NCBI GenBank assembly: GCA_907165135.1
Contig: OU015566.1
Location: 310,001 to 374,000 of the forward strand
Reading direction: 5' to 3'
DNA length: 64,000 nt
Source of the DNA: Oikopleura dioica
Lineage: Eukaryota > Animalia > Chordata
Positions within the stretch are counted from its first letter, which is position 1. Each line of letters starts with the position of its first letter. Positions 11,800 to 23,600 of the stretch are shown piece after piece. The notes under the pieces are model-generated. The model ran no database searches. It saw only the letters and a list, made by a program, of their open reading frames with translations, and was not told the origin of the DNA. Both the position numbers and the translations under genes were made by a program.

Positions 11800-14700
11800 A
11801 TGACGATCCGTTTCACAGGGCAACAAATTCCTTTGGGCTCACCACCCATGTATCCCGTCCAAATGCAAACGGGTGCTTCCTTGAATCCAGGTCAACCTGT
11901 TTCGCAAAGTCCTTCATTCCATGCTGCTCCTGCTTATGCGCCTCAACAAGTTCAAATGGCGCCACCGGCCTATTCTCCTCAACCAGCTCCTATGCCGCAA
12001 GTTTTTACTCCTCAGCCAACTTTTGCTCCACCACCAGCCCCGCCAAAAGCTCCGACATTTCGTGAGTATTGGAAACAATTTGATCGCCGACACTTGAAAA
12101 AACGTCGTTTATTTTTATTGTCTCCCGAATACTTAAAGAAAATTAATTTTTAACCAAGAGGTACAGTTTTTTTCCTCTTTTGTGGACCCCAACTTTGTGG
12201 ACATTTTCTTCATTTAAAGGGGTTTATCTGGGACACTTTTGCAAAGATGATGTTCCACTTTTGTGGACATTTTCCCTGGTGAAAAAATTTTAGAGGTAAA
12301 AATAGCGTATATTTTTAAAAATCTTTTGTTTTTTCTAAGACATTTATGGCTTATGAGGAACATTTGACCGACTTTAGTAATAAATAAGCAAGAAAAATGC
12401 GTTTCAAGGATGAAATTTGCTATTTTTAGATAGAAACTAATGGGACCGAAAAATTTTAAGCCTCTACGGTAGGACAATTTTTTGAAGACTCTTGCCCACT
12501 TTTGTGGATATTTTTGAGAAAATCTGGGACAAAAAATGTCCACAAAAGAGGAAAACGATTCTGTTCTTTTTTCAATCGTTTCAAGAATAAATATTTGAAA
12601 ATTAAGTCTATAAGATTAAATAAAAAGGCAGCACAGATAAGAATTTCTTCATAATACTGCTTTGAAATCTTGAATTAAATATGAAAATAGAATCTCACAT
12701 CAGTAAACCAATAGATACAGTCGATTATTGAATTTTGGGACATTTTTGTCGCATAATTTTCTCAAAAATGTCCCTTCATTCGAATTTCGAAACACTCGCC
12801 CAAAATAATGTCCCATCCGAATCGCTTAACTCAAGCCGGCCAAAGCCAAATTTCTAATACATTTTTCGAGCTCTTGCTCTTATCAGTATCTAGCCACTTC
12901 GAAGTATCTTGAAGGCGGTAAAGAGGTCTCTTAAATAAGAGGTACTCATGATTGATTGTTCCATTTTGCCATTTTTGGAATTTAATTTTTTCCTTATTTA
13001 TTCCTCTTATCAAGTTTTTGAAGCAAATTTAACCACAAAAAAAAACTATTATTCTGCGAATGCAGAAGTTGTTAAGTGCAGAAAATGAAGTAGAAAAAAA
13101 CTGCCCTTGCCAACCCATTTTGGTCTTCATCAGAAAGAAACCTCTTCGGTTCATCTCTTTCTAACAAAGAATTATTGTTATTGATTGTTTTTGGCTGCAA
13201 GATTGGTATTATAATCGACCATGAGCGAGGGGGTGTGAGCGCGAGCAGTGGCCCTGAAATAATACCTGAGTGAGTGAGAATGAGCGTGCGCTCGCGCACC
13301 CACACCTCGTGCTCATCATTTTTTAAAACACTGCAAAAAATGTCCATAAATTTAATTTTTAAATTCCATAAAAATCGTTGATCTCATAAATGTTTTTAGA
13401 ACCTCAACAAACGAATGCGCCTGCTCAAAATCAAAGCGAAAATAGTATTTGTGGTTACATTTGCTTTGGCCTTGTTGCAACAGTGTTGATCTTGATCTCT
13501 ATTTTGAATGCCGTCGCACCAGAAGGCCCTCCAGGAGGCCCTATAGGAGGCCCTCCTAATGACAAGAGTTTGAGAAAAAAGTATTAAAAAATGGTTGGAA
13601 AAATTTATTATTCGGTCGACGAGGCTCTAACCATGGCCTAATTCACGGAAATCAAGAAGAGTGAAAGGCTAGGATGTTTCATTTTGGTCATAAATGCTCT
13701 ATTTTTATTATTAAATTCGAATATGTAATAAAAATTTTGAAAAGTCGAAAAAATTTTTCTCGACGCCCCCCCTTCCGGGAGGTGGTGGGTTCATTTTGAC
13801 CAAGATTCAGCCAAAACCACCTATGATACGAAATTTCGCGGATTTTTTCTCTATTTTTACATTCTTTTGTCAAAATTATGGTTTGAAACTTCGTTAAAAC
13901 AGGCATCACGAACCATTTTCTATTCATTCGTGAAGAAAAAACTGATCGACAAAAGGAATTATTGAATTTTTTAGAAAAACCGGGTCTTATTCTCGACCAC
14001 CACCCCCTTAAGTCGATTTTTTTTCAGCGATATTTATACTCGGAATTTTTCAAACTCTTTCTCTGACCCTGGCTATTACAATTATTATGGTCCTGGTCCC
14101 GACTATGGTCCCTACGGTCCCCCTCCAGGATATGGTCCCTATGGTCCTTATGGCCCCCCTCCTGGATATGGTCCTTATGGTCCTCCTCCTGGCTACGGTC
14201 CATATGGTCCGGGATCCGGTCCTTATGGTCCCTATGGATACTACTACGGCGGTCCAGGCGGTCCTTACCGGATGAATATGACAAAAATGGTCGAGATATG
14301 CGGCAAAAAAGAGCCTCTCTCAATGGCGACAGACTTTATCTATCAAGGCTCACTCTTCAATACAACAGTTTCGATATGCGATGGCGATTACGAGTACTCT
14401 GTTCATTCTTCTTCCGACACTTTTATCCTCAGGTTTTTGGATACAATTATTATCATCATTTTTCGAAAGACAAATTAATAGTCCGTAGAGTTTTCGTAAG
14501 ATTGTCAACATCGATTTTTAGCGTATTTTCTGTGTCAATTTCTTTAAGCATATAAATTTTGCATTATTAACTTTATAATATGATTAATAATACAAAAGTA
14601 AGGTTTTTTTTTTCTCATTGCCGTGAAAACCTTTCTGATTTTTTTCTTTATCCCCCCGCGGTTAAGGAGGTCGATATCAAGAAAAAAATTTTCCATTTTT

Positions 14701-16099
14701 TCGCTTCAAACTTTTTCTACGTATAGTTTCGAGGTCAAGGAGAAAACTTGTAAGCAAAAATTTTTTAATTGGACCACGTGATTTTTCACAAAATCGCCTC
14801 TAAAATCTCGAAAATTTGCCCTTTTTATAATAGATCGACCAGTTTTTAGTAATTAAATAAATAATTACTTAGCTTTCGTCCAAAAAAACATTAACAGAAA
14901 CCCCTGGGAACATTTATAGAATGATTTTAATACTGCTGAATATAAATTCAAAATTTTATATTTTCGTTGAAAATTGCGAAAAACAGGAAATCGATTTTTT
15001 TCTAAAAAAAATTTTTGAAATTTTGAATTCTGGCCTTCATAGGATCTAGACAAGGGTCTGATCTAACTTCTCAGAAAAAAATAAATTCCGCTCAATATAA
15101 GGGTTTCGAGAAAAGTCTGCCAAGAAAATGGTCATTTTTAGCGATTTCCGAGTTTTCAACGCCATTTTTTACGATTTTTTTCTGGGAATTTAGAAATCGG
15201 CCTTCCATAGGCACGAGATAAGGGCCTCAACTCTTTATTAAAACAAAAAAATCATCGGTCACTATGTTAGGATTGGGAGAAAAGTCTGCCAGAAAATCCC
15301 GATTCTTGATATCTACCTCCTTAAAACAGTTTCGATTGATCAATTTGAAAAATCATGAATTTTAATATCCGAAATTTACAAAAAAATATTCTCTTGCATT
15401 GTTGAAAACGGGTGTAGGGCGGCTTCGTTCGAAATTTTCGAACGCCGTTCGTTATCTTGCGAACGCCGTTCTCAACAAAAAAAAAATTGCCGTGAGTGTG
15501 CGCTTCGCGCACTTTCTGGTAAAGAACTCATTGGCTTCGCAGGAGCAGTCTTTTTCTACCGCTGGGACACATTTTGAAAAAAATTGTGAACAATTTTCGG
15601 CCAAAAATTTTTCGATTTTGCGAACGAAACTGCCCGCCACCCTTGAAAACTCATAATTTTTTTAAGCTCACCATCAAACAAAGGATATTATGAGTGCAAT
15701 CAAAAAATTACTTCTGCTTCTTCTGGCATCACATTCGAGATTGTAAAACTTGAGACCGAATTTTGTGCTGATGATCTTGTATTCATAGATGAAAATGAAG
15801 ATGAATATGCCTTTTCTGGAAATATCACAGAGGTAATTTTACTTCAATAATCTCGTCTGTATGAGTTCACCGCCTAAATTTAATTCCCATGAATTATTTG
15901 TTATTTCTATTTTCAGGTTGCCCGCTTTTCGTTTTCTTCTCCTTCCGTCTTTATTCATTATCGAGGCAATACAACTTCAAACGATGGCTTTTTAATATCG
16001 ATCGAAGCGGGATTCGAGCCAAGAAACAACATAAGCATCATCCATCCTCTCGTCATGTCGAAGACCCTTTCAAGATACGCAAAAGCAAGAAATGAATAA
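11800..16099 (+). CDS. Predicted type II membrane protein: Pro/Gln-rich N-terminus, one TM helix, Gly-Pro-Tyr repeat stalk, C-terminal CUB-like domain (~400 aa)
   Basis: Phase-consistent GT-AG exons 11800-12061, 13400-13580, 14028-14432, 15667-15832, 15917-16099. TM segment ICGYICFGLVATVLILISILNAVA; stalk GPYGPPPGY repeated. C-terminal YYECNQKITSASSGITFEIVKLETEFCADDLVFID...SSPSVFIHYRGNTTSNDGFLISI resembles CUB strands. The exon 2/3 junction is the least certain. Confidence 0.75.
15410..15642. mobile_element. GGG-terminus MITE (same family as 1951-2182)
   Basis: GGGTGTAGGGCGGC ... GCCCGCCACCC; perfect TSD TTGAAAAC. Confidence 0.85.
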
Positions 16100-16327
16100 A
16101 AATTAAAAGGTTGAATACTCGCGTGGGCCATTAACCGTCCATAAATTTTTTTTGTTTGAAATTTTGAAAAAGATTGCGACTGTCACTTCTAGTTATTGCC
16201 AAAATTGGTAAATATTGTCTGGCAGTTTTGGGGGAACTGTAGGGAGAAAATTTTTTTTCATATTATAAAGTTAATATTAAATGAGAAAAACTAAAATGAA
16301 ACTAGATCAACAACTCCGTTTTCTTAA

Positions 16328-16606
16328 CCTTACGCCGCCAAACTAAAATTTCACCCCCCGCCGCCAAATGTGCCATATATGGCACATCATCTTTTCCGTT
16401 GTCCTAGGCCCCATATAATGGCCGAACCCGAACCTTAACCAAGATCCGAACTCGACCCAGAACCCGAGCTCAAAAATGAACCCAAACCCAAGCCCAGACT
16501 ATTGCCCGAAAATGAGTAAAAATGGAAGAACCCGAAATGATGACGGAGAGAAAAATGGGTGTTGGAAAGCCCTTGTGCCATATATGGCACATTTGGCGGC
16601 GTAGGG
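16328..16606. mobile_element. piggyBac-like MITE (TTAA, CC...GG termini)
   Basis: TTAA|CCTTACGCCGCCAAA ... TTTGGCGGCGTAGGG|TTAA. Confidence 0.7.
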
Positions 16607-16950
16607 TTAAGGGGAAGGTCGACGAGAGTCAGGATTTTTCAACCAAATTTCCGAAAAAAAACCCTACACACTTTGGGATCGCTCTAGAATTGACCAAAAA
16701 ATGACCTACAATTCGTCAGGAAGGTATTTTCTTGAATACCTTCCTAAAAAGGGAGAATCTAAGGAATTCAAAAATAAAAATTTCATATGCAGATGAAGTA
16801 AAATCACATTCTCGGGGCAAAATCCTAACCCCCAGGTTTCTCATGCGTATTAGAAAGCCCGTGATCTGAGGAGTCGTATGGTATGTTTTTTTGGGCTTTA
16901 GTCATAGAAAATGACGTCATTCTGGCTGACTGAAGAGGCATATGGCCCAT

Positions 16951-17471
16951 ATTATGCCTTATTTAAGTTTTGTTAAAACAGAATAGCTCTGTCAAACAGA
17001 ATGGTTCTGTCAACAGAATTATTTCGAAGGCCGGCCCTTGCGGGTTGAAAAATTTCCAGGGAAAAAATTTTAGAGCCACCTAACCACATGGTGAAAAATT
17101 GAAAACCGGTTGGTTTAACGAGATTTATAGATCCGCAAATAGATCTCGAGCTGCTCTTGAAAATGAGCCCAAAATCAGTGTACATTTATACAAAAACCAA
17201 AAAGTTACAGGTCCCGTTCGGTTTACCCCATATCATATGTACACTGATTTTGGGCTCATTTTCAAGAGCAGCTCGAGATCTATTTGCGGATCTATAAATC
17301 TCGTTAAACCAACCGGTTTTCAATTTTTCACCATGTGGTTAGGTGGCTCTAAAATTTTTTCCCTGGAAATTTTTCAACCCGCAAGGGCCGGCCTTCGAAA
17401 TAATTCTGTTGACAGAACCATTCTGTTTGACAGAGCTATTCTGTTTTAACAAAACTTAAATAAGGCATAAT
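16951..17471. repeat. Perfect inverted repeat: 235-bp arms, 51-bp spacer
   Basis: 16951-17185 is the exact reverse complement of 17237-17471. The ORF track shows the identical peptide on both strands (16973..17185 - and the end of 17099..17449 +). Confidence 0.9.
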
Positions 17472-18641
17472 TAGTGCTTGAAATGGGTAACTGCGGCGGT
17501 AAAAATTTAAAGAGAGTGTCAAAAAACATGATACTCTCCATTATGGAGTTTTCTGAAAAACAGGCGCGAAGCGCACGCCCATTCTTTGATTTTACGAAAA
17601 CAGAATAGTTCTGTTTTCTACAGAATGGTTCTGTCAACAGAATTATTTCGAAGCCCCGCCACCCGCAAGTGCTCCGAAAATAGATCTCGAGGTCCCGGTC
17701 GGTTTCAACCAATAACAGGGGACCTATGACGTCATTTGTGATGACTAAGACCCCTAACTTATACCATTCGACTCCCCAGATCACCGGCTTTCAGAGAAGA
17801 ATGAGAAACATAGGAGTCGGGATTTCGTCCCGAGAATGTCATTGGCAGACTATGCGTAAAGAAAAAAGCGTCATAAGAATTGAGTAACACTCAGTGAATG
17901 AGTTTTTTGATTTTTAGGTCAATTAAAGTAAGCGAGTATTTAACCTTTTATTTTGATTCTGTCATGTCAAAGTTGCCTTGGAATATAATATCTCATTTTC
18001 TCAAATGATTATACCAGTCTTGTTAATGTCTGTAGTTTGTGTCTTATCTTCTAAGAGAAGAATCACTTTTTTTATCTCAAGGACCCTTCCATCAAGAATC
18101 GTGAAAATATGACTCTAAAGTGAACGTTCTTCTCGAAAACAACCTTGGGTAGACTATTTATTTCAATTGCAAGCTTTTGTTCGATTGCCCTGAATTACGT
18201 GTTTTTACTCGTGTTTATGATAGAAAAAGTTTTTGTGGTTGGAATACCCTTTACGGGGTAGAAATAGATTTTTCGAAAACCCGTGATTTTCGGGAAGCAC
18301 TTTAAATAAGAAAAACCTGTTTTTACTTATGATTACGCAATTTCCTCAAAAATGTTGCTAGATAAAGGGTTATACAGTATAACCCTATATATATATATGT
18401 GACATATCAGAAGTATTATTTGTCTTCTTTCCAAACCATCAAGAGTATTTTAATGTAAATATCAAAAGTGATCTTCCGATACAAAATCTTAATATGCTCT
18501 TCTTGCTTCCTAGTTCCTGTTTCTGAACGAATTCAACAGGCCAGAGGCGAGAATTTTTAGTTAATCCCAAACAATGTATCCCAAACAAAAAAATGAAAAA
18601 ATCATTGTCATCCGGCTCAACCCGAAAGATATCCATTTTAA

Positions 18642-19309
18642 GGGTACTATCTTCGATTTCCAGAAGGTGTCTTTTCAAAAGATGTATAAGAATCGGTTAT
18701 TAGAGATGGATTCTTCATTAAAATCAATGATTATACCTAATTGACAACTATTCAAAATTATCAATATATCTTGAGATATGGCCTCTAGAAGTTTTTCGAA
18801 AAAAAATTTTGAACTTCTATTTTCTCGATCAAGTGCTTGTTCGAAAGCTCAGAGCAAGAGCAGTATGTTGGTAGCTGTATCCATCGCGACATCAAGATAT
18901 TTTTGATTTTAGAGCCAAAAATGTGTCGCTAACTTTTAAAAAATGCTCAATTTTCGCAAAATCGGCGAGACACAATTTTCAAAAAATTATTTTTGGTATT
19001 TTTAGTTTTTCAATGAAAATATCCTTCTGTAATTTTAAAGATTAATGTTCAAACATTATTTAAAAAATAAAATAAGGCCAAGTTATCAGACTTGTTTTTG
19101 AGTTATTCAGCCGTTTATATAGGCCATTTTGGCGGAGATGACCACTTCAAGCAAAAATTTAGCCGCTTTTCGGTTAAGCAATTGAGAAACCCCTCTGTAA
19201 TAGTTAAGATCTAGGACAGATCTAATCAATGAGCCCATATAAACTCAGCAATCATTCACAAGTTCCGAGTTATTCAAAGCTCAAGTTGGGGAAATCGAAG
19301 ATAGTACCC
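18642..19309. mobile_element. Kolobok-like MITE (TTAA TSD, GG...CC termini)
   Basis: TTAA|GGGTACTATCTTCGATTTCC ... GGAAATCGAAGATAGTACCC|TTAA; 20-bp perfect TIR. Confidence 0.85.
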
Positions 19310-19818
19310 TTAAAGCCACTTTTCAAATTCGCTGTTATCCAAAAATCGGCCTTAAAATGGGTTTTCACTGTATTTTTGGAATCCTCAGGTTCTGGGTATA
19401 AAGGAGAAGAATCTCTGGGGGGTCTTTCTAGTCCACTAGTACTCTATGAGTCCTAGTTGTTGGTGCTGCACTTGCTGTCGCTTCTTCGGGTACTGCTGGT
19501 TTCTGCTGGATAAAAGAGAGTCAAGTTGTTTTGTCGGTTTTATTCTACTGAATTATAATAATGAACTAACAGCAAGGTGCACGCTTTATATAGTACAGAA
19601 AAGGGAAAATAAGAACAGTCGAGAAGCTCCTTGATCGGGATAGATGAATCTTCAAGCTTCTTAGAACAGTGATGTTCGAGTAGATTCTCCAAATGATGTC
19701 ATCCTTCGTAATCGTGAGTCATAGTGAGTAAGGGTGTCCAGAATGTTCCAGGACCTTCATCGAATGAAGTCGATCCTCAGTCACTGATGAATCAGGATGA
19801 GATCTCAAGCTTTGTGCT

Positions 19819-19965
19819 CACCATAGGTGGCGCAACTGAGCCACCACTAGAGGTCACTAGAGAGCTATTCCTGAGTGTCCACTAGGTGGCGCTCGAGAGC
19901 TGACACTAGGTGGGGCGCGAGAGCTGACGCTAGATGGGGCGCGAGAGCATGCACCAGGTGGCGCT
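19819..19965 (+). promoter_or_regulatory. Array of ~6 CTCF-like motifs at ~24-33 bp spacing
   Basis: CACCATAGGTGGCGC, CCACTAGAGGTCAC, CCACTAGGTGGCGC, ACACTAGGTGGGGCG, ACGCTAGATGGGGCG, GCACCAGGTGGCGC, compared with the CTCF core CCACYAGRKGGCRC. Confidence 0.55.
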
Positions 19966-20045
19966 GTTTCAAGTGAGCATTAGCTCAGTTATGCTCTTGT
20001 AAGGTATATGAATGGATGTACACTTATAGCAATGATTTAGAGGTG

Positions 20046-20100
20046 AACCGGAAGTCACCTGACGTCACCGGAAGTGAACCGGAAGTTACCGGAAGTAACC
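20046..20100 (+). promoter_or_regulatory. Four tandem ETS/GABP-type CCGGAAGT sites plus a CRE palindrome
   Basis: GAACCGGAAGTCACCTGACGTCACCGGAAGTGAACCGGAAGTTACCGGAAGT. Confidence 0.55.
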
Positions 20101-20430
20101 AGAAATGATCACAGGCATTTGCTACGGGCAAGAGCAACTCTTGCCTAGCATTTTCACTCAATTAGCGCCCTCCGGCGACCAAACACCGGGAAAGTCTCTG
20201 TTACTGAGAACAGGATACTGCTCTCTCCACTCAGACACTATTGTAAGGGATATTCTCCCTTACACTGGGCTTTCTAAAAATAAATTCACAGATACCGTAT
20301 ATTGGCGAACCCTACTTAAGAAGCTTTTATTATTTCCAGTTTAATAATAGCATAAATACCATCGGTATGCTAAAGCAAAAAAAGATCAGTACGTTCTCTT
20401 GTTGACCTTGTCGCTATCTCATTTTATTGG

Positions 20431-20468
20431 CAGCGACTAGTTTCGTAGTAGAACTCCTTCTTCAGGCA
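20431..20468 (-). ncRNA. Penelope-type minimal hammerhead ribozyme, partly degenerate
   Basis: Minus strand: GC-CUGAAGA-A-GGAGUUCUACUAC-GAAACUAGUC-GCUG-CCAAUAAA. Mismatches in stems I and II relative to the 41.4-kb copy. Confidence 0.6.
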
Positions 20469-20686
20469 ATAAAAAAAATCGATGTGTTTTCCGCGGAAAA
20501 ATTTGTGCTTTCTGAAAATAACAAAAAAAATCCGCAAATTTGATTTTCGAAAAATCCTCGAATAAGAAAGAAACGGTTTTGTATGCTCTATTTATTCGAA
20601 GGGTATATTAGAATTGTTTTTCAGGTTGTTCTTTTAAAAGAAGCTTAAAAGCCTTTTGAAAGGGCCCTTTTCATAATGTGGAATTA

Positions 20687-23600
20687 TTAATGTCCATTAA
20701 GAAATCTGAGAAAGACGACCATTAAACCAAAGAAGAGAAGAAGACCAATTAAAAGTATCCTGATAGCTTTGAAACTTTGGTAGAATGCCGACACTAAAAT
20801 AAGCTTGCATCTATTTGTTAATGATCTTATTCTAACCTCCTTTCGTATATTCTTTCATTCCACTGTAAAGTTGTTCCTGAGTCCAGCCAGTCTGAATAAA
20901 ATTTAATAACTCAGAATTTTCCAATAGATCTTTCTGGTCTTTGAATCTGAAAATAACTCACAACTTCCATAATCATTTGATCTTCCGGTGAAGGAGGCGT
21001 AGTTTCGTTCCAAGTTGGATTAACTCCACAAAAGTCTTTTTCCACTGGGAACTGATAAAGACGTTGGTCAGTCGAGTGGCAGCATGGACAACAAAAAATG
21101 AAAGCAGTCGTTTGCGAACCTTAATTTAAAAATACAGGTAATCAATTTAACCGCGTGGGACGAATCCGCGCGTATGAGCGCGGGACGAATTGTACATTCC
21201 ATTGTAGTTTAAGCGAAAACTTGAATAACTCGCGACTCGCTCATCCGATTCCCGCCAAATTTACAGACAATACTTAATCGAATACAGGCTTTCATAATTT
21301 CAATTTAAATTTTCGTTTTCCTGTCTGCAAACCTCATTCTCATATAACTTGTAGCTCTTGTTTTGACCGTTTGAGTTGATTTCGCATTGAATTTTTGTAA
21401 ATATTATTCAAAATTCGAAATCTCCAGTATCGAAAACCTATATTTTCACTTTGAAAAAATAAAAATCCCAATTGAGACCTGAATTACGAGTGAGAAAAGG
21501 AGCGCAGTGCGAAGTAGGTCAGAGTTAATCCGCTGCAGAGCGCTGGTGGTGCGCGATAATTCGGTGAAATTCAAAAGAGCGAGAGATTAAGGATGTGCAA
21601 AGGCGCATTTGAATTTTCAGATCTATACGATAAGTAGTTTTTGAACTAGGGCTGTTCAAAGTCTTAAACTACATTGAAATGTTCAATTCGTCCCACGCGG
21701 TTAAGGGGGTGGTGGTCGAGAATTGGATTTTAATCAAAAAAATTGGCTCAAAATTTTTTAAGAAAAATTCTTCTTTTTTCAATGATAATGAGTTTGAAAG
21801 GGTTCAAATTATGTGGGCGTTTCAGTTTAAAAAAGATTTTATTTCGGAAAAAGCTCAAAATATGCTTCTAAAGTGGACCTTTTTCTTGCGAAAACCCTTA
21901 ATTTTTTTCAAAATAAAATAATTCTGAAGAGAGTTGAGACCCTTAGGCGTGTATGGAAATAGCTTTTAGAAGGTTCTGTTACATTTTGAGACCGCAGAAA
22001 CTGGTTTTAAAAAAGTTGTTTTCTTAAAAATTTTTTTTTAACAATATCACGCAGCAAAATACGTATAAAAATCGGTTTTAAGACAGAAAATACAATTTTA
22101 AAGTTTCGAAAAATCGTCGATTCCCGACTTGAAATCGATATTTTCTAAAGTAAAGTTGGTGCAATCAAAAAATGGTAAGGACCGAAAATGATTCTTTATT
22201 ATCGAGGAATTCAAAAATACAATGATAAGTTCGAAAAATCGAAAAAACATTCTCTACCACCACCCTCTTAAAATAATTTCGAGCGAAATTTCGAAAATTT
22301 TACGGAAAAATATATTGTTAATAAATATTGTTAGAGCCTTAATAAAAGATAAAAATAGATAGGTATTTGGCGGCTATCAATGTCGCCATATGTATTTTAA
22401 ATGGTGATTCCCCTTACAATTTCAATTCAAATTTCTTTTTCAAACAAGGGATTCTTCATTTAGAAAATAGCCGCAAAATAAGGTCCTCACCTCTTAGATA
22501 GCTGAGCCAAAAATAGGATTTTGACCTCAAAGTTAGCGAAATCGGGGGGAGAGGAGATCCCTTAAGCGGTTAGAACTAGGATTTTCGAAAATAGCCAATT
22601 CTAGACCGGCGCTCAAAGCAAGGCATGCCAAGACATTCAAATTCTCTTTTCAGCTGAAGATAGAGCTAACTTAAGGTTGAAATGTCGATTTAGTATAAAA
22701 CCGCCGATTTTCGGAGTGTTGTTTTGCTAAAAATCGTCCCTTTTCACCCATTTTTGAATAAAATTTTTGAAAAAATACAATTTATCGTAATTTTTTAGAT
22801 TTTCATTATTCAAAAACATGTATGAAAATTTAATATCAACTCGCAATAAAAATCAATCTTTTGCTCGTTTACACGCAAAAAACAAGTTTCAAAATCCCGA
22901 AAAATCCTTATTTCATGACCTTAATTTTCCGATATAAAATTGGTCGAATCAAAAAAAGCAAGAGACCCAAAATGACCCATTTTTAACGAGGTATTAAAAA
23001 AAAGTATCAAATAACAATAAGTCGAAAAAAATTTTCCCGACCACCTCCCCCTTTAAAGGGGTCCCCAACGATTTTTCCGAAATTGGCCATTTTCGACCGG
23101 CGCTCACGCCAACACAGACTTATATTTTTCAAAAACTTTTTCACATATAAGTAGATCAAACCTAGATCTAATGAAGCGTGTCTCAGATTTTTTTAAAACC
23201 AACCACATTTCGCGTAACGGCGCCGAGAAAGAGCGCATCTCGCAGAAAATCGCGTTTTTGGCCATTTTTTCACCTGAGATTACTCCAAAAATTTAGGGAG
23301 ACACTGAATTGTGCCGCCCTGCGCCGCCTTGCGCCGCCCTGCGCCGCCCTGTGCCGCCCAACCTCACCGGGTTTGAAGATATTTGGTCTTTCAAAGGCCA
23401 TAATTTAAGCTTTTTATGTCAACTTAGTTATTCTCACTTATTTATATTGTCAAACAGTTAAAATAAGTAAAACCTATAATTTAGGGTGCCAGTAGCGTAG
23501 TTCTCAATCAAATTCAGATCTTGCATAAAATCACTAATATATTGAGCACGCGACGGGCCAAAGGCCCTTACGCGTGCATTTTCTGGTAGAGAACTCATTG

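Larger units (their letters stand above)
19458..20113 (-). mobile_element. LTR-like segment (probable solo or partial LTR)
   Basis: On the minus strand: TG...CA ends, motif-rich U3-like region, TATAAA (~19590), AATAAA (~19540). No TSD, PBS or PPT could be found, so the boundaries are tentative. Confidence 0.5.

Noticed and set aside
20105-20344. 79-aa ORF next to the LTR-like segment
   Set aside because: No ATG context or domain recognised. It lies antisense to the hammerhead-bearing fragment and probably belongs to a retroelement terminal region.
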